Of a stretch of 64,000 nucleotides of DNA, positions 9,548 through 19,069 are shown in pieces. The stretch is taken from positions 63,492-127,491 of IMG/VR virus record IMGVR_UViG_3300031993_000027. The stretch is one strand, 5' to 3'. Origin of the DNA: a virus. Lineage: Duplodnaviria > Caudoviricetes. The notes below the pieces were generated by a model. The model was not told the origin of the DNA and ran no database searches. It saw nothing but the letters and a program-made list of their open reading frames with translations. How positions within the stretch are numbered: position 1 is the first letter of the stretch; each line of letters starts with the position of its first letter. Made by a program: the position numbers and the translations under genes.

Positions 9548-10008
9548 TGTCTGCCTCCCATTGCCTTGCGTATTTTTTCTTTTATCTCACAATCTGAACA
9601 ACCTGTTTTGTTATATGAACATTCACCAAACATTGTTAATACACAGTTTACCGCATTTTCAGGTACTTCAACTGTTGGAGCATTGTCGATGATACCTAAA
9701 ACTTCATCTTTCATTATCCAAGTGTTTACACCATCATAAGAATAAGCACATTCTTTAAGCACTTCTTTCAAAGCACTACGGCTAATCAAATCAGTATCTC
9801 TACCATAGATTCTCCACCCTTCTTCCTGAAGTTTCTTGACAAATTCTGCCTGTTGTTCTTTTACAAGTTTCATCATAGAATCTCCGAAAGTAAACCTCGC
9901 TGATAACTTCTTCAAATCAGAAGTTATTTTAGATAGCAGTCTTGTAACTTCTTTATTGTATGCTTCATCTGCTAATTCATATCCTTTTATCTCTTGTTTA
10001 TTTTTCAT
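9544..10008 (-). CDS. DLISR..IDNAPTV family protein
   Basis: Motifs shared with 8938, 62586, 63343. Confidence 0.6.
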   Translation of the reverse strand: MKNKQEIKGYELADEAYNKEVTRLLSKITSDLKKLSARFTFGDSMMKLVKEQQAEFVKKLQEEGWRIYGRDTDLISRSALKEVLKECAYSYDGVNTWIMKDEVLGIIDNAPTVEVPENAVNCVLTMFGECSYNKTGCSDCEIKEKIRKAMGGRQ

Positions 10009-10462
10009 CTTGATTTCTCCCTATAACAAACTCATACAACGGAAGTCCGTGAAATTGCTTTGAAGAAAGTTTAATCTTCCCCTCTTTAAGAAGTCTATTA
10101 AAGGTTGACTTTGCCACCACAGGAATCATTTCAGCCCAACCTTCACGATAGGTTTGAGTTACCAACTGATAGATTGCCCCATTGTCAAGTATTTTGTCTT
10201 TTTCAGTAACTTCAAATTCTCTTCTGCCACACTTAATCTTCATTTTGCTCACCTCCATTTTATTTAATCTCGCTCCACAGTAGTCAGGCACACCCTCACT
10301 AACAGGTGTCCACTTTTGCTCCTGCTCTGTCTTATCCTCTTCGTAAGGTACAGAACTTTGGATTAGATTAAGTGCCACCCTGCTTGCTACACTTCCGTTT
10401 TGCACTTTGTTATTAAGTATTGCTTCATAAAGTGCGTCAGAAATATCAATAATTCGTTTCAT
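9998..10462 (-). CDS. hypothetical protein; probable second in-frame start at 10243 (MKIKCGRREF)
   Basis: Internal GGAGGTGA SD before ATG 10243. Confidence 0.6.
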   Translation of the reverse strand: MKRIIDISDALYEAILNNKVQNGSVASRVALNLIQSSVPYEEDKTEQEQKWTPVSEGVPDYCGARLNKMEVSKMKIKCGRREFEVTEKDKILDNGAIYQLVTQTYREGWAEMIPVVAKSTFNRLLKEGKIKLSSKQFHGLPLYEFVIGRNQDEK

Positions 10463-10490
10463 CGTCTTTTACCTCATGTACATCTTAGTG

Positions 10491-10526
10491 TACCCTAAGT
10501 ATAAATGATAGGGTAGCATATGTCAA
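10491..10526 (-). promoter_or_regulatory. sigmaA-type promoter with TACCCTA-N11-TAGGGTA
   Basis: TTGACA-17-TATACT; near-duplicate of the 1023-1058 element. Confidence 0.85.
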
Positions 10527-10761
10527 CACATATTTTCATCATCAAGTAGAGACATGGTTTTTATGTATGTTTTATATCCTTTGTACGGACTGTTCTTTGC
10601 GAATATCCTGCCGTTCCATTTCTCTTCGGCAATTTCTCTCTGCTTGCGAGCCACCTCTATATTAGCGCAAACAGCGTCAAGATGGTCTGACCCATTAAAG
10701 GTGTGAGTTATAACCGCAAACGCAACTTTAGGTGATTCTTCATCCATCAACAAATTGCGTC

Positions 10762-10974
10762 TCATACTGAATCCTCGCTTGTTAACTTTAGATGTATATC
10801 GTTCATTTCTTCTGAAAAGCGAATCAAGCATTCCTTACACATTACTAAGTGATGGCTAAACGCCACATTATCAATAGGTATCTTGATATCGTACATTTTG
10901 GCTAAAGAATGGCAATACATACAGGTTGAAGTAGAGAAGGGCATCTTCTTTACTTCTATTTTTCCGTATTTCAT
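10762..10974 (-). CDS. small zinc-binding hypothetical protein
   Basis: CMYC..MCKEC; AAGGAGG SD. Confidence 0.6.
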   Translation of the reverse strand: MKYGKIEVKKMPFSTSTCMYCHSLAKMYDIKIPIDNVAFSHHLVMCKECLIRFSEEMNDIHLKLTSEDSV

Positions 10975-11004
10975 TAGTATTCCTCCTTAAATGGTCTTCA
11001 CCCT

Positions 11005-11030
11005 TCTTAACGAATTTTTTCGATTGAAAC
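11005..11030 (-). promoter_or_regulatory. bipartite motif copy 2 (GTTTCAA-N10-TCGTTAAGA)
   Basis: Intergenic, same spacing as other copies. Confidence 0.55.
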
Positions 11031-11060
11031 TACAAAGGACAGAGAAATTAATCTCTGTCC
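11030..11060 (-). terminator. probable intrinsic terminator
   Basis: GGACAGAGA-6nt-TCTCTGTCC stem then TTTG on minus strand. Confidence 0.55.
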
Positions 11061-11110
11061 CTTGCGAGGAATATATGGATACCCTGTGGGGAGGGTAGGC
11101 TTGATATTAG

Positions 11111-12007
11111 TTATTCCCATTGTCCATAAGCATCTGCCATGATGTAGGATTCTAACCAGTCTGATTCTCCATCACTAGATTTACCTGCACTTACATTGAT
11201 TTGATACAGGGTCTTTTTTACAATATCATACCAGTCAAAAGTTATCGTAAAGTTTCTTTCATTCTCTTCTTCAGAAAGTACACAAGTGCTGATAGATACT
11301 CTTTTTGTTACTGTTTGTGAAGGGTTTGTTTCATCATAAGTCAAATTAAAATAGACCGCTTGGTAATTGCTTATTGCTTCCCAAATCTCTTCAAAGTCTT
11401 TATTTATCGTCAATTCTTCATACGTGGTCAGTGCGTCTATTGTAGCCGAAATAACAAGAGGCGCATTGATACCAAGGTCTTCGTTGGTCAAGTTTCCTTC
11501 CAGTTTTACACCGTTGATTTGCGGTTTGCCCTGAAGGTCGTTGTAGTTCATAGGCGCAAGGTTTGTTACTGTATCAAACTCTGCATCTATCACTAGAGGT
11601 TCTTCTATCGGTTCTGTCACATTCAGGTTAGCACCGTACATAATACCTTCTCTAATCGACTGAAGGATTGTAATAGAAACCTTTTTGGAAATGGTTCTTA
11701 CACCGTTGTCAAGCAGGACGCTAAGTTCCATATCTGTTGTAAGGTTATTCTGATACCCAACAGACTTGACCGTAGGAATAAGTCTAAGGGTCTCCTGCTG
11801 TGTAAGAAGTACCCATACCCTGTTATTCTCCACGTCTACATTGATAGTATCTGTTTCTCTCTTGATGATAGGTTCTGATGTAGCACCGCATTGAGAGATT
11901 GAGAACCAAAGATTTCTTGCTTGGCTTATATCTACCTGTTCTTTTGGAACGTTAACGATAATAGTCGGGGTCGTTCCACGTTTTATCTGCAAAACCTTGT
12001 CTCCCAT
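11111..12007 (-). CDS. putative baseplate upper (BppU-like)/tail-associated protein
   Basis: IKRGTTPT N-terminus and NYNDLQGKPQINGVKLEGN motif; start after AAGGAG at 12007. Confidence 0.55.
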   Translation of the reverse strand: MGDKVLQIKRGTTPTIIVNVPKEQVDISQARNLWFSISQCGATSEPIIKRETDTINVDVENNRVWVLLTQQETLRLIPTVKSVGYQNNLTTDMELSVLLDNGVRTISKKVSITILQSIREGIMYGANLNVTEPIEEPLVIDAEFDTVTNLAPMNYNDLQGKPQINGVKLEGNLTNEDLGINAPLVISATIDALTTYEELTINKDFEEIWEAISNYQAVYFNLTYDETNPSQTVTKRVSISTCVLSEEENERNFTITFDWYDIVKKTLYQINVSAGKSSDGESDWLESYIMADAYGQWE

Positions 12008-12023
12008 ATTTTTCTCCTTCCTG

Positions 12024-12866
12024 TCAGATAAGTAATTCGTCATCTAAGTCTATGTCACCTAAGAGCATATCTATGTTGTCTATATTTGACGTTACTCTAT
12101 CGTAAAGGTCTTCCTCGTCTTCTTCATCATTGATACCGCTAAAGTAATCAGACAAAGTTCCTTCAAACACTACCTGATAATCGTCAGGCACAGGCAGTCC
12201 TTGTATATTGGTCACATACACCTTTATTGTATCAGATTCCACGTCTTCTTCGATATCGGTTATAACATCATATCCTTCTTTTTTACAACCCTCTTTAAAC
12301 GCATCTAAGATAGCCCCTAGGCAAGAATCCGTAAGTTCATAGTTATGTTCTTTTGCTACATCCCAAATAATATCCTCTACGTCACAATCAGAATTAAACT
12401 GTTCCATCCAGTATTTAAGGTCTTTTATGTTACTGATAGCATTGTATCTATCTTCCTTTTCTTGGTCGTATGCTCTGACTATAAGGACAGGAAACTTCTT
12501 GTCCCAACCGTACAGATTGCCCACAACTAACATACGGTGTAGTCCTTCTTGTCCTTTGTCAGCAAAATTGATAAAAGGAAGGTTGAGTTGTCTTCCGCTT
12601 TGTAGTTCGTTAGTCATCCATTCTATCGTATCAGTATCACGTTCTCTCTGTCTCTTCAAGTCTTCTACGCTTGATTTAGGATGAATATATTTCGAATCAA
12701 GTTCAAAGTATTCTTTTGGAGACATATAAACGATTTCCCCTGTCCTGTTCTTGGCTTTCTGCTTGTAAGCCAATTCTTCAGGGTCGAGGAAATCATCGTA
12801 ATAGGACATACCTACTTTGTCTGTCCTAAAAGGTTGTTTAGTTAGTTCTTCATAAACACGTAACAT
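12024..12866 (-). CDS. ParB/Srx-like domain protein with leader MLRVYE
   Basis: IVYMSPKEY..LPFI..QEGLHR..FPVLI; acidic C-terminus. Confidence 0.55.
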   Translation of the reverse strand: MLRVYEELTKQPFRTDKVGMSYYDDFLDPEELAYKQKAKNRTGEIVYMSPKEYFELDSKYIHPKSSVEDLKRQRERDTDTIEWMTNELQSGRQLNLPFINFADKGQEGLHRMLVVGNLYGWDKKFPVLIVRAYDQEKEDRYNAISNIKDLKYWMEQFNSDCDVEDIIWDVAKEHNYELTDSCLGAILDAFKEGCKKEGYDVITDIEEDVESDTIKVYVTNIQGLPVPDDYQVVFEGTLSDYFSGINDEEDEEDLYDRVTSNIDNIDMLLGDIDLDDELLI

Positions 12867-12873
12867 ATCAATC

Positions 12874-13131
12874 TCACAAGTTTAGTTTATTGACACTGTA
12901 TTTAATTACAGGCTTTCTTCGCCACTCGTCCATATCATTGTCCCACGCTTCTTGATTAAACCTGAAACTACATACATAACTGTACCCATCTTCAACAAGT
13001 TCTTCTACACTGTCTGTATTGCAAACAGAATACTGATTATCCAATTTTATAACAGACACATCCTGTTGATTCATAGCGTGTTTCTTTGCATTGTTCACCG
13101 CACCTTGATAAGTCATATTATCCACGTCCAA
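12874..13131 (-). CDS. hypothetical protein
   Basis: ORF in tight operon. Confidence 0.55.
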   Translation of the reverse strand: MDVDNMTYQGAVNNAKKHAMNQQDVSVIKLDNQYSVCNTDSVEELVEDGYSYVCSFRFNQEAWDNDMDEWRRKPVIKYSVNKLNL

Positions 13132-13981
13132 TAGCCTTAATCAAAGCAGGTGTGTATCCACCCTTGCCTCCATTAGCCTTGTAGTATGCCATACAGAGGT
13201 CTTCAATATATCTGTACCAATCAGCCATTTCATAATCCGACGTAATGCAAGAATATCCTGTATATTTGAACTCTCCATTCTTGACAATCCAATCAATATA
13301 TATGTATTCTGCATCGAATATCTTAGACCTACTTGTTCTTATGTAAGCCTTACCGCCTACGTATTCAGCCATAGCCTTTGCTGTCTCTACATAGCCTACG
13401 TCCTTACGAACGTCATACATACGAACTAACTCGTCATATACGTCTCTTACATCAGGAAGAAGAGGGTCGCCTGTAAAGTCACTCTCGGTCAACCTAGATT
13501 CATAAGCAAAACGATAGGACAATCCACCACGCTTTCCACGTCCGTAATAGTCCATTGTATCGAGGTCATAAGGCATCGGGTCTTTACCCTTTACCTGCTC
13601 GTAGGAAACGTCCTCAATAGCATCCTCGTTATCTGCGTTCATAGGAAATGCCTTGTACTTAGGTCTGCCTCCACCAAGGCTGTTTTTCTGATAGCAATAC
13701 CAACCTCCCTGACTTCCGACATAAGTATAACCATCCTGCTTTAACTTGTCGTGAAGGGGAGCGTTGTAGAACTCTGTAAGACAGGATTCGTCATAGATAT
13801 CCATATCATATTCTTCATCCTGCCAAGCGAAGTTAATCCTGTCTTTCAGGTCATAATATGTCTCATAGTCATAATCAGACCACTCGTTCTCGTTAGGATG
13901 CTTCTTTAAAAAGTCCTGAAGTTGTCTTTCTAACGCTCTAGGGTCTTCATAATCCCTATACGTCTCAACTACTCTAATCAT
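13118..13981 (-). CDS. multidomain hypothetical protein with leader MIRVVE
   Basis: ORF; internal CLTE and RLTE sites. Confidence 0.7.
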   Translation of the reverse strand: MIRVVETYRDYEDPRALERQLQDFLKKHPNENEWSDYDYETYYDLKDRINFAWQDEEYDMDIYDESCLTEFYNAPLHDKLKQDGYTYVGSQGGWYCYQKNSLGGGRPKYKAFPMNADNEDAIEDVSYEQVKGKDPMPYDLDTMDYYGRGKRGGLSYRFAYESRLTESDFTGDPLLPDVRDVYDELVRMYDVRKDVGYVETAKAMAEYVGGKAYIRTSRSKIFDAEYIYIDWIVKNGEFKYTGYSCITSDYEMADWYRYIEDLCMAYYKANGGKGGYTPALIKAIGRG

Positions 13982-13991
13982 ACTTAATTCT

Positions 13992-14143
13992 CCAATATAG
14001 AAAACTTATAAGAAGAAAACTTCTATGTTTCTTTCCTACTTCAACGAGTGTGCTTTCTTAATTGTTACCAATCAATACTCACAAGTTCTCGCACTCTCCA
14101 TAGGCGTTAATTTCCGACTATTGTATCGGTATCTGTTTTGAAA
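13992..14143 (-). ncRNA. putative TnpB omegaRNA scaffold / IS right end
   Basis: Non-coding, directly 3' of tnpB; CCGA..TCGG hairpin, GCCTA..GTAGG and GAGTG..CACTC pairings; resembles clostridial IS607-type right ends (recalled, not searched). Confidence 0.6.
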
Positions 14144-15301
14144 TTATATCAGGGCATAATTTCTTAGATTTACACTTGCCTGATAATCTCTATCTATTAT
14201 ATTCCCACAAACATCACATCTATAAATCCTATTACTTAGTTTTAAGTTATGTTTTATGTTTCCACACTTACAACACTTCTTAGAACTAGGATAGAACCTG
14301 TCAGCAATAACAAGTCTTATGTTGTTCCATTCACATTTGTATTCTAACTGTCTGTGAATCTCACGGAAACATTGTACCTGTATTGCCTTAGATAAGTGTT
14401 TGTTCTTCATCATTCCTTTTACATTCAGGTCTTCTATAACAATGAAACTTGGTTCTCGTCTTATTATTTCAGAAGTCATTTGATGTATAAAATTATGACG
14501 AATATTAGATACCTTATGATTTAGTCGAAGAAATTTAATCTGTTTCTTCTTAATATTCTTAGTTTTTCTATACTTACCTCCTTCTTTATTATTTTCATAA
14601 CTACGAGATATACTTCTTTGTATTCTCTTTGTCTTTTTATCTAATTGTATCAGTTTCTTGGCTTTATTGATATTAGAATATACAATTTCATCAGAACAAA
14701 TTGCTAAATCTTTAATTCCTAAGTCAATTCCTATTCCTTCATTAGAAGGATTCTTTTCTTCTAATTCTTCCTCAACGCCAACTGTTACCCACCAATTTAT
14801 ACCATCAAAAGTGAATCTTGGATTATAGTATTTAACTCCTGTTGGTATTCTATTTCTTTCTGCTAGTCTAATCCAATTTATCTTTTGTTTATTGGATTTC
14901 TTACTTTGAGTGAACCCTTCAACTTTAATCTGCGTTTCTGTCACTTTGATTTTACAAGAATCTTGAAAGAAACTAGGCTTACTTTTTCTTTTACTTTTGA
15001 ATCTTGGATACTCGGATTTTCCTTTGAAGAATTTAATATAAGAAGAACAAGCATCTTTTATCGCTTGTTTTGTTACTTCATTAGAAACCCTATAAAGCCA
15101 TTCATTCTCTTTTTGTTTCTTGTATTGAGTGAACAGTTTCCTAAGTTCTCCGTCTTGAACAAAGGTTTTGTTTTCTTGATAAGACTTATTTTCTTGTTCT
15201 ATAACCCAATTATAAGCATAACGAGAAACATTTGCATAGGCAAACATCTTTGTCATTTGCTTATTATTAGGTAAGAGCATTACTTTATAAGTCTTTATCA
15301 A
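14144..15301 (-). mobile_element. tnpB: TnpB RNA-guided endonuclease (IS607/IS605-type), no tnpA
   Basis: HTH_OrfB N-terminus, RuvC GIDLG / IEDL / DRD intact, SSKKCCKC..CDVC zinc ribbon. Confidence 0.93.
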
Positions 15302-15768
15302 GTTTCTGTACCTCCATCATAATCTTCAAGGGTAATCTTTTTTCCTGTGACAGCAAACTTCCTTGTATCGTACAATTCTCTCTTCAATTCAGGTCTTTGC
15401 TGAAGAACGGATTCTTTTATCATTTCGTACTCTTCGTCATCCATATTATCAAGCAAAGAAGTAACCGTTGAATTTCTCTCGCTCTCCATCCAATCCTTAA
15501 TGACCGCACAAATAATCTCTTTGTTGTCATTGATAATCTCGTACAGGTCTTCTCTCTTGGCGAACGCTTCATCAGGTTCGATAGTATGACCTTCAGGACA
15601 GAGTTCGGTCAACTCGTTCTCGTATACATCAAGGTTGTTTGCGAACAGGTTGATAATCTCTTCGAAAGCAAGGTCAAAACCTTGAACGAAAGAATCGTCT
15701 CCCTCGTTCAAGAACTTCTCATTGTAATCACTGTCATTTCTTACATCAGGAAATAAGGACATATGCAC
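15298..15768 (-). CDS. acidic hypothetical protein
   Basis: ORF; stop overlaps tnpB start. Confidence 0.7.
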   Translation of the reverse strand: MHMSLFPDVRNDSDYNEKFLNEGDDSFVQGFDLAFEEIINLFANNLDVYENELTELCPEGHTIEPDEAFAKREDLYEIINDNKEIICAVIKDWMESERNSTVTSLLDNMDDEEYEMIKESVLQQRPELKRELYDTRKFAVTGKKITLEDYDGGTET

Positions 15769-15769
15769 C

Positions 15770-16087
15770 TCACAACATTGTAAATAGTTTAGAATTACGG
15801 TTTGTTATAGCGTACAGGTCTCCTGTATTTTTATCTCTAAAGAGAATTGCATTGTAGCCATAACCGTTTCTACTTTTGCCTAAAACCTCTTTCTTGATAG
15901 ACTGAAGAAACTTTTTAAATTCCTCGTAGGAATAGTTAGATACATCTTCTGCCATACCGTTTTCTACGTACCAAAGTATGTCCTCTTTAGTACAGGATGT
16001 ACCTCTTGTATTGAGAAGGTCTTTGTATTGATGATTCGACTTAGACCTTCCCCACGTTCTTGCCTCTACCTTGATTTCTCTTATCAT
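15770..16087 (-). CDS. hypothetical protein with leader-like MIREIKVE
   Basis: ORF, ATGA coupling. Confidence 0.65.
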   Translation of the reverse strand: MIREIKVEARTWGRSKSNHQYKDLLNTRGTSCTKEDILWYVENGMAEDVSNYSYEEFKKFLQSIKKEVLGKSRNGYGYNAILFRDKNTGDLYAITNRNSKLFTML

Positions 16088-17070
16088 AACTCAATAGTCT
16101 CTGCATCCCACTCGTAACCGTCGTCAGAAACGCCCTTGGATACAAACAGATAAGCAGGTTCGTCATCGTCGTTAAAGAATCCTACTTCGCAAGGCTTGTC
16201 ATATTCACCTTCGTCGATATATCCTGCGAGCGTGTAGTCAACGAGACCGTTGTTTACCTTCTTAGGAGAAGCATTGTCGTCAATCCAATATGTGACACCG
16301 CCACCTGTTCTCGGTGCATCTTCACCGCAAACCTTTTTCTGATTGAGAACCTTCTTCTTTTTCTTCTTAGAGCCACAACCTTCGTAAAGGTCTGAATCCT
16401 CGTCGTCGAAGTCGTCCCAATCATCATCGTCAGCAGGGAGGTTAGCGTTGAACTCGTCGATAAACTTATATCCTTCATCGAGAATCCATCCGAAGTCTGA
16501 AGAATCTGCTGAATAGATTGACATATCGGTATCCAATGTGTCACCGTATTCGTTTACAGGATAAGGCATAAGCCAATCCCACTCGTACTCGTTCATCATA
16601 GAGTTTCTAGGACAGTAAGCGAACTTTGCCTGTACAAAGTCTGATTCTCCGTCATAGCCGTAACTCTCTGCACTATCTTCGTCCATATAGCACATAACAA
16701 CAGCGAAGTCGTTCTCGTCGTTGTAACCGATATCTACCCAATAAGTAGCGGATGGGTCTTTATCACTCATTGCTCTATTGAACTGTTCCTCGCACTCTTT
16801 AAGAGCCTGTTCCATTTTCTTAGTAACAGTGATTTCAGTATCACCTGCGGAATTTCCAAATCTTTCACTCATATTCGTTTTATTCTCCTTTACATAGTGA
16901 GAATTGCCACCGTTATAATAGTTTTGAAGCAGGTACAACGCTTCTGTGTCAAGACTAATAGCCTTACTGTTAGCACTCTTCAACATAGCGTGTGCGTATT
17001 CGTCATTTGCTAAATCATTTAACATAACGCTTATTTGTTTAACTTTGTAATCGTCAAAAGGCATATTCAT
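16084..17070 (-). CDS. acidic multidomain hypothetical protein with Asp-rich and poly-Lys linker
   Basis: DDDDWDDFDDEDSDLYEGCGSKKKKKK. Confidence 0.7.
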   Translation of the reverse strand: MNMPFDDYKVKQISVMLNDLANDEYAHAMLKSANSKAISLDTEALYLLQNYYNGGNSHYVKENKTNMSERFGNSAGDTEITVTKKMEQALKECEEQFNRAMSDKDPSATYWVDIGYNDENDFAVVMCYMDEDSAESYGYDGESDFVQAKFAYCPRNSMMNEYEWDWLMPYPVNEYGDTLDTDMSIYSADSSDFGWILDEGYKFIDEFNANLPADDDDWDDFDDEDSDLYEGCGSKKKKKKVLNQKKVCGEDAPRTGGGVTYWIDDNASPKKVNNGLVDYTLAGYIDEGEYDKPCEVGFFNDDDEPAYLFVSKGVSDDGYEWDAETIEL

Positions 17071-17076
17071 TCTCCT

Positions 17077-18081
17077 TTACTCTTCTTCGTCAAAATCTTC
17101 GTCTTCTTCGTCCTCGTCCCAATCAGGTTCGAGTTCGTCTTTGTGTTCTTCCCACTTTTCTTTCGCCCAACGTTCGAAGTTCTTATAAAAATCTTGTTCG
17201 AATCTTTCAAGTTCTTCCCTTGTTAGGTTATCTATTTCAAAACCATCGTATTGATTATATACATCAATATAACCATTATCACGAACATAATCTCCATAAT
17301 CAATGAAGTCTTCTATTACATCTGAAGCATCAATAATACCTGCTTCGTGGAGTTCATCAAAATAAGAGTTCATTCCAAGGTTTGCATCGTAACTATGACA
17401 GTGACCTTTTTCTTCCCAATACTCAACGTGACTATTGTCTATTTCTTCATCATAAGAACGACAATCTGCTGTTGCAGGTTCAGCAAATAATTCAAGGTTT
17501 GCTTCAAGATAATCTACGATTGCTCCTGCAAGAGTTTCTTCGATAAACTTAGTATAAGCATCGTCGTTTATTTGATAATATTCTATATGTTTATAAGCAT
17601 AATCTTTAAGAAGTCTTGCGATAGTATCATCTGTTTCTTCAATAAGGAATGAGGCATCACCGCCACACGTTTCAAGACCATAACCTTCGTAGTATAAATC
17701 GCCATCATTATAGTTACGGTAAGCAATCCTGTTGTACGCTCTTACAATCTCACCGCCTTGCGTATCGGAAGTGCCTGACTGTTTAACAAAAGGCTTAAAC
17801 AAATCTTCCAACTTCTCGTCTGCGGTCTTATCGCTTTCAAGGATATCTCTAGCAACAGAAATCTCGGCTTCGTGCTCCTTGATGAAAGCCTGTTTTTGTC
17901 TCTCGGCTTCCTCACGCTCTTTAGCCAATCTCTCTGCTTCCTTCTCGTCATCGTACTTCTGCTGTGTCTTACGAGTAACCGTGTCGTAAGAATCGTATCC
18001 GTACTGACTTGCATCTTTAGGAAGCATTATATTACCAACACGGATATAATCATCTTCCGCTTCAAACAGATTAAGTCTCAT
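17077..18081 (-). CDS. acidic hypothetical protein with leader MRLNLFE
   Basis: AAGGAG SD; GEIVRAYNRIAYRNYNDGD domain. Confidence 0.75.
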   Translation of the reverse strand: MRLNLFEAEDDYIRVGNIMLPKDASQYGYDSYDTVTRKTQQKYDDEKEAERLAKEREEAERQKQAFIKEHEAEISVARDILESDKTADEKLEDLFKPFVKQSGTSDTQGGEIVRAYNRIAYRNYNDGDLYYEGYGLETCGGDASFLIEETDDTIARLLKDYAYKHIEYYQINDDAYTKFIEETLAGAIVDYLEANLELFAEPATADCRSYDEEIDNSHVEYWEEKGHCHSYDANLGMNSYFDELHEAGIIDASDVIEDFIDYGDYVRDNGYIDVYNQYDGFEIDNLTREELERFEQDFYKNFERWAKEKWEEHKDELEPDWDEDEEDEDFDEEE

Positions 18082-18135
18082 AATTATTCTCCTTTAGATT
18101 TTTACATAAAAATACCTACTGTTTCCATTATTAAA

Positions 18136-18170
18136 TAAAAAGCCCCTAAATGCAAGACTTAGGGACTTTA
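18136..18170 (-). terminator. intrinsic terminator
   Basis: AAGTCCCTAAG-loop-TTTAGGGGCTT followed by TTTATTT. Confidence 0.7.
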
Positions 18171-18184
18171 AACATCAAACATTA

Positions 18185-18997
18185 TTAGAAATAAAAGTCT
18201 ACGTAGACCATCTTATCGCCCTTGAAATCACGCCAAGAGTTCATATCGGAATACTTCGTACAACCGAACGTTCTTGTTGCCCTGTCATACTCACCCTTGA
18301 TATAAACCTGCGAATCCTTTGGAGAAGGAATATCCTTCAGCGTAAAGAGGTCTCCCTGCTTCAAGGACTTCAACGGAACAGGTGTTTGAGCACTCCAATT
18401 AGTCGTATCAACAGCATCTTCGTCGTACTTCTCTGTGAACCTGATAGGAACTCTGAAACTTACCAACTGATTGTTCTTGTACTTTCCTGTCGGTATGTAT
18501 CCTTCAAATTGGAAGCCAAACCTATTAATTTTGTCTTTAGGAAGTTTAGTTCCGAACTTGTCGTCATCGTCAGTAGCGTTATTAGGTCTAGTGAAGTTCA
18601 ACGTTCTCTTGTCGAACGTTACCATCGTAGAACCGTCGGATACATAGATAATGCCGAAGAAATCTTCATCCTTCCAAATGATAGATTCCTGATTGAGAAG
18701 TCTACCGATTTCAAGAGCCGTTTCCTTCTCAATGTTGTAGAGAATAAAACTCTTCTCAAAGCCTACCGTTCCACTATCATAGGTATAAGTTCCGTTGACA
18801 AAGTTGAAGCCACGAACCTTGCCCTTGTCCGAATACTTGCGGATAAGGTCTCTAAGTTCGTCATACCTGCTCTCGTAGGTATCCTTGTCCTGACTTCCTA
18901 TAATAGCAAAAGTAACACTATCGGTAAGATGTTGATAGATTCTACCATAACTTGCTTCTAACAGATTGTCTCTGCTTTCAAGTTCTATAACTGCCAT
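18185..18997 (-). CDS. hypothetical protein, DUF3293-like domain, leader MAVIELE..LLE
   Basis: FAIIG..V.G.Y..EKSF..GRLLNQESI pattern. Confidence 0.55.
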   Translation of the reverse strand: MAVIELESRDNLLEASYGRIYQHLTDSVTFAIIGSQDKDTYESRYDELRDLIRKYSDKGKVRGFNFVNGTYTYDSGTVGFEKSFILYNIEKETALEIGRLLNQESIIWKDEDFFGIIYVSDGSTMVTFDKRTLNFTRPNNATDDDDKFGTKLPKDKINRFGFQFEGYIPTGKYKNNQLVSFRVPIRFTEKYDEDAVDTTNWSAQTPVPLKSLKQGDLFTLKDIPSPKDSQVYIKGEYDRATRTFGCTKYSDMNSWRDFKGDKMVYVDFYF

Positions 18998-19043
18998 TTG
19001 TCTTTCCTCCTTCTTCTTAGATTACAGGGCATCCCTGCATCTT

Positions 19044-19069
19044 TCTTAACGAGACAGCGAGATTGAATC
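19044..19069 (-). promoter_or_regulatory. bipartite motif copy 3 (GATTCAA-N10-TCGTTAAGA)
   Basis: Intergenic, same spacing. Confidence 0.6.

Noticed and set aside
13992-15301. IStron (group I intron plus IS607/IS605)
   Set aside because: No upstream non-coding space for an intron; tnpB abuts the preceding gene and no host gene is interrupted.
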